Origin: Dehalococcoidia bacterium
GTDB lineage: Bacteria > Chloroflexota > Dehalococcoidia > Lucifugimonadales > Australimonadaceae
NCBI GenBank assembly: GCA_022820645.1
Contig: JAJEFD010000002.1
Coordinates: forward strand, 227,514 to 291,513
Length of the DNA: 64,000 bases
Reading direction: 5' to 3'
This document shows, piece after piece, positions 60,084 to 64,000 of the stretch; position 1 is the stretch's first letter; every line of letters begins with the position of its first letter. The notes under the pieces are model-generated. The model saw only the letters and a list, made by a program, of their open reading frames with translations, was not told the DNA's origin and searched no databases. The position numbers and the translations under genes are program-made.

Positions 60084-61016
60084 GTGCAACGCTACATCGT
60101 CATCCGGCTCTTCCAGGCCGTGCTCGCGCTCATAGGCGTGAGCATCATCGTCTTCACGCTCGTCCGCATCACCGGCAGCCCGCTGGACGTGCTCGCGCCC
60201 GCCGACGCGACCGAGGAGGACCTCAGGCGCGTGGCCGCTCTCTGGGGCTTCGACAAACCGCTCATCGAGCAGTACTTCCTCTTCGTCGGCAACGCGCTCC
60301 GGCTGGACTTCGGCCCGTCCATCAAGTTCCAGGGCCAGAGCGCGATGGACCTCATTGGCAACGCCATCCCCGCGAGCCTGCAACTGGCCGGTTTCGCCAT
60401 GTTCGTCAGCGTGCTCATGGCGGTGCCCATAGGCGTCATATCGGCGGTCAAGAAGGGCACGCCCATCGACATGATCGGCAAGGTCATCGCCCTCCTGGGT
60501 CAGTCGCTCCCGCCCTTCTGGCTCGGCATCGTCCTCATCTGGATCTTTTCAGTAAACCTGGGATGGCTCCCGGTCTCCGGTCGGGGCGGCTTCACCCACA
60601 TCATCCTGCCCGGCATCGCGCTCGGCTGGTTCTCCGTCGCCGCGTTCATGCGCCTCACCCGCTCCGCGATGCTGAACGTGCTGGACAGCGAGTACGTGAA
60701 GTTCGCTCGCATCAAGGGCGCGCCGGAGTGGAAGGTCATCTGGAAGCACGCGCTCAAGAACGCCGCGATCCCGCCGCTCACCCTGTTCGGCATCATCGCC
60801 GGCATCATGGTCACCGGCGTCGTGACGCTGGAGACCGTCTTCGCGTGGCCCGGCATCGGCCAGCTCGCCCTGACCTCGGTACGGGCGCGCGACTACTCCG
60901 TCGTGCAGGGACTCGTCATCCTCATCTCCGCGATGTTCATCACCATCAACCTCATCGTGGACATCCTCTACGCCTACATAGACCCGCGCGTCCGCTACGG
61001 CGGAGGGAGGGGCTGA
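60084..61016 (+). CDS. Peptide ABC transporter permease (DppB-like)
   Basis: GFDKPL..QY, SLPPFWLG, RLTRS.ML.VL..EYVKFARIKG, ETVFAWPGIG, IDPRVR. Confidence 0.95.
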   Translation: MQRYIVIRLFQAVLALIGVSIIVFTLVRITGSPLDVLAPADATEEDLRRVAALWGFDKPLIEQYFLFVGNALRLDFGPSIKFQGQSAMDLIGNAIPASLQLAGFAMFVSVLMAVPIGVISAVKKGTPIDMIGKVIALLGQSLPPFWLGIVLIWIFSVNLGWLPVSGRGGFTHIILPGIALGWFSVAAFMRLTRSAMLNVLDSEYVKFARIKGAPEWKVIWKHALKNAAIPPLTLFGIIAGIMVTGVVTLETVFAWPGIGQLALTSVRARDYSVVQGLVILISAMFITINLIVDILYAYIDPRVRYGGGRG

Positions 61017-61017
61017 G

Positions 61018-61920
61018 ATGGCCGTCGCAACCTCCCCCGCCCCTGTCGCGCGTGTGCCGGGCGCCCGGGCCGCCGGCCGCGTGTGGTCCTTCCTGCGCCG
61101 CTACCCCGTCATCCCCGTTGCCGTGCTCCTCATCGTCCTCGTCATCCCCGCCCTCTTCGCCGAGCTCATCGCGCCCCACGACCCCATAGACGGCAACCTG
61201 CGCGCACGCCTGCTGCCCCCCGCGTGGACCGACGGCGGCGACTGGAGCTACCCGCTCGGCAGCGACCGCCAGGGACGCGACATCCTCAGCCGCATGATCT
61301 ACGGCGCGCGCACGGCGGCCCTCGTCTCCCTCGCCGCCCTCGCCGTCGGCGGGACGATAGGCTCGCTGCTCGGCCTCGTCGCGGGCTACTTCGGGAGCTG
61401 GTGGGACCACGTCATCATGCGGCTGGTCGACATCAACCTCTCGCTGCCGCTCATCCTGCTCGCGCTCGTGCTCGTCGTCCTGTTCGAGCCCGGCACCGCC
61501 ACGACCGTCGCCGTCGTCGCGCTGCTGCTCTGGTCGCGCTACGCCCGTCAGGTGCGCGCGGAGGTGCTGACGCTCAAGGAGATGGACTTCGTCGCGCGCG
61601 CCCGCGTCGCGGGGGCCTCGAACCTGCGCATCGTCTTCCGCCACATCCTCCCGAACGTCTTCAACACCATCATCGTCCTCGCGACGCTCCAGGTGGGGAA
61701 CGTCATCCTGCTGGAGGCGTCGCTCAGCTTCCTCGGCGCGGGCATCCCGCCGCCGAACCCCGCGTGGGGCGTCATGGTCGCCGAGGGCCGCGACTTCATC
61801 GTCACGTCCTGGTGGCTCTCCGTCATCCCCGGCCTCGCCATCATGTTCACGGTGCTCTCCATGAACCTCCTCGGCGACTGGCTCCGCGACTACCTCGACC
61901 CCAAGCTCCGCCAACTGTGA
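61018..61920 (+). CDS. Peptide ABC transporter permease (DppC-like)
   Basis: LGSDRQGRDILSRMIYGAR, HILPN, EASLSFLG.G.PPP.P.WG, LGDWLRD.LDPK. Confidence 0.95.
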   Translation: MAVATSPAPVARVPGARAAGRVWSFLRRYPVIPVAVLLIVLVIPALFAELIAPHDPIDGNLRARLLPPAWTDGGDWSYPLGSDRQGRDILSRMIYGARTAALVSLAALAVGGTIGSLLGLVAGYFGSWWDHVIMRLVDINLSLPLILLALVLVVLFEPGTATTVAVVALLLWSRYARQVRAEVLTLKEMDFVARARVAGASNLRIVFRHILPNVFNTIIVLATLQVGNVILLEASLSFLGAGIPPPNPAWGVMVAEGRDFIVTSWWLSVIPGLAIMFTVLSMNLLGDWLRDYLDPKLRQL

Positions 61921-61954
61921 GGCTTACGGCCACGCTGATCGAAGGTGGCTGCGC

Positions 61955-62272
61955 TCAGATGGAGACTTCCCTCAGTTCTCCCGGCTGCGCCTCGGCAACG
62001 GCGGCACGGATGTCTTCTATCCGAAGCCGCACGTAGGGCCATGCTGTTCTGAGCAGAACGATGATGGCCAGCCTTCTGCCCGCGAGGTTCTGCTGATGTC
62101 TCATGCTCTGGTCGGTCGTGATCAGGACTTCGTAGCCCTCCTGCTCGGCCCTGTCCAGCAGCTCTCCGTTGAGAAGGCTGTCCCACCCTTTCTCTGCTGC
62201 AGTATCGACCGTATGTCCGTGGAGGTCCCGCCTGAGGGGAGCGGGCGTTCCATGATCAAACAGTATCTTCAA
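61955..62272 (-). CDS. DUF5615/VapC45-like PIN-like protein (putative toxin)
   Basis: MKILFDHGTP..LRR.L, GW....NGELL..AE, LITTDQ...HQQNL. Confidence 0.82.
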   Translation of the reverse strand: MKILFDHGTPAPLRRDLHGHTVDTAAEKGWDSLLNGELLDRAEQEGYEVLITTDQSMRHQQNLAGRRLAIIVLLRTAWPYVRLRIEDIRAAVAEAQPGELREVSI

Positions 62273-62504
62273 AACTGCTCACGAGCACCGGGGCTCTCAG
62301 GGAGTTGGCCGCGTGTTTGAGGACGGCTCTGACCTTCCATTCATCCACTGGCTGGAACCATTCCATGAACTCCTCTACGGTAGCGCCGCTCTCCAGGTTC
62401 TCGAACAGGGCGGATACAGGCAACCTCGTGCCGGCGAAGACCCACGCTCCGCTGAGCTTGCCGGGCACGCTTTCCACTGCCGGGCATTTCTCCCAGTCCG
62501 TCAT
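62256..62504 (-). CDS. DUF433 domain protein (putative antitoxin)
   Basis: PGKLSGAWVFAGTRLPV..LFENL..GAT..EF..WF. Confidence 0.88.
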   Translation of the reverse strand: MTDWEKCPAVESVPGKLSGAWVFAGTRLPVSALFENLESGATVEEFMEWFQPVDEWKVRAVLKHAANSLRAPVLVSSFEDTV

Positions 62505-62594
62505 GCGTTTCACCTCGCTTCCTGCCGCGCTTCTGTTCGCTCGTCAGCGCCACAGGACCCTGCAACCATTCTCCTCCGGCAGGCTGTCTTCCGT

Positions 62595-63707
62595 CTATCG
62601 GGCGCTGGCGGCAGGCGTGCGCAGGCCGTACATCCGCGCGGCGTTCTTCCAGAGGATCGCTTCGAGGTCGGCGTCCGGGACTTCCTCGTTCTCGACGAGC
62701 TCCCGGATCTCCAGCGCGCACGTCTCCACCGTCACCTCGTGCGGGAAGTCGCTCGACCAGATGAACGGGTCGCTGCCGATCGTCCGCACGGCGTGGGCGA
62801 GGTCCGGCTCGTCGCCCTCAACGCCCACGAAGATGCGGCCGTCGTGGACCAGGCGCAGGATGTAGTCGCGCACGCTGTCGCCGTCCCGCAACTGCAGGAA
62901 GCGCCGGTTCGGGTCGAGGGGCGTGAACGCGTTGTAGGAGCCTTCGCTCCGCTCCAGTGCCATCAGGAACCACGAGACGCCGCCCTCCATGAAGCCGTAG
63001 CGCACGTTCGGGAACCTGTCGAAGACGCCGTTGAACAGCATGCCCATGAACGAGATCATGATGCCGAACGGATGCCCCATCGCGTGTATCGCCGCGAAGA
63101 TGTTCAGGTCGTGGAAGCCCAGGTCCGGGTACGAGCCGCCGTGTACGGAGAGGCAGCACCCGAGGCGGTCCGCCTCCTCGTGGACGGGCCAGAAGTGCTT
63201 CGCGCCCAGGTGGCCCTGCAGCCCGGTGGCCGGCAGCATCCCGCCGCACATCCCTAACTCCTCCACCGCGCGCCGCAACTCTGCAGCCGCAAGCTCAGGC
63301 TCCTGCATCGGCAGCAGCGCCACCGCCTGCAGGCGGTCGTCCTTCTGCAGGTACTCCTGGTGTACCCAGTCGTTGTAGGCCCTGGTCACCATCTCGATCT
63401 GGTCGAGGTCGACCATGCGCCCCACCGCGAGCCCGTCGGTCGGATAGATCACGGCCCCGCCGATCTTCAGCTCGTCCATGAACCGCGTCCACCCGCGCAC
63501 CTCCTCCGGGTTGGAGAACGAGCCTTCGGGCGAGATGCTGAGCAGGTTGTGGTAGTTGTCCAGCTCCGGGAAGATGCCGCGCCTGCGCATCCGCGTCACC
63601 GCGCGGCTGGCCTGGAGGTCGTCCGGCATCCGGTCGATGATCGCCTCCTTGTTCTCCAGCACGTGCCCGTCGCCGTCGTAGATCGGGCCGTTGTACGTTC
63701 GCACCAT
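62595..63707 (-). CDS. Amidohydrolase_2 family protein
   Basis: DGDGHVLE, RAYNDW, SVHGG, GVFDRFP, FMEGG, SSDFPH. Confidence 0.9.
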   Translation of the reverse strand: MVRTYNGPIYDGDGHVLENKEAIIDRMPDDLQASRAVTRMRRRGIFPELDNYHNLLSISPEGSFSNPEEVRGWTRFMDELKIGGAVIYPTDGLAVGRMVDLDQIEMVTRAYNDWVHQEYLQKDDRLQAVALLPMQEPELAAAELRRAVEELGMCGGMLPATGLQGHLGAKHFWPVHEEADRLGCCLSVHGGSYPDLGFHDLNIFAAIHAMGHPFGIMISFMGMLFNGVFDRFPNVRYGFMEGGVSWFLMALERSEGSYNAFTPLDPNRRFLQLRDGDSVRDYILRLVHDGRIFVGVEGDEPDLAHAVRTIGSDPFIWSSDFPHEVTVETCALEIRELVENEEVPDADLEAILWKNAARMYGLRTPAASAR

Positions 63708-63765
63708 CGGATGCCTCCTTTACTGTCCCGAGCCTGCCGCTCGCCCTGCCCTTACGCAAAACCCG

Positions 63766-64000
63766 CTAGTCGTACCACTGGCCGGTGACCGTCTTGCCGT
63801 CCGCGACGCCGGGGTCGACGATGGTTGTCTTGAACGGCGGGAAGAGCACGTCCACGATGACGCGCGGCGCAGGCGCGGGACGTGTCCGCTCCGCGACGAT
63901 CTCGTCGACCCGCTTCACGTGCGCCTCGAGCACACTCGCGACGAACCGGGCGAACTCCGGGTTGCCGGACGCCTTGATCGCCTCCTCGTCTATCAGCCCC
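63766..64000 (-). CDS. 3' end of a hypothetical protein (truncated by the window edge)
   Basis: Open frame ...EEAIKASGNPEFARFVASVLEAHVKRVDEIVAER...TVTGQWYD, stop at 63766-63768. Confidence 0.55.
   Translation of the reverse strand, partial: GLIDEEAIKASGNPEFARFVASVLEAHVKRVDEIVAERTRPAPAPRVIVDVLFPPFKTTIVDPGVADGKTVTGQWYD

Overview
High-GC bacterial chromosome segment. Gene content (expanded Rieske oxygenases, amidohydrolases, an LLM oxidoreductase, many MFS/ABC transporters) suggests Chloroflexota, Dehalococcoidia/SAR202-like; this is inference. It carries tRNA-Arg(UCU), modAB, a complete phoP-phoR-pstSCAB-phoU locus, uvrC, a type II glutamine synthetase, a rpiB-tal-gnd-pgl operon, lgt, an ECF sigma/anti-sigma pair, aquaporin-arsC, a split peptide-type ABC transporter with a LicD-family gene inside it, six Rieske oxygenase alpha subunits with no reductase, tandem esterase duplicates and several toxin-antitoxin modules. 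The most striking unexplained structure is a set of intergenic mosaics built from 4-6 different palindromic repeat modules. Every copy I found points the same way on the + strand regardless of neighbouring gene direction, and some copies sit in frame inside proteins (DppD ATPase, anti-sigma factor). Also notable: Pho-box-like 11-bp repeats in front of an ArsR-less arsenate detox operon, and a small AT-hook protein that may be a nucleoid-associated protein. All calls are from reading motifs by eye; no searches were run.
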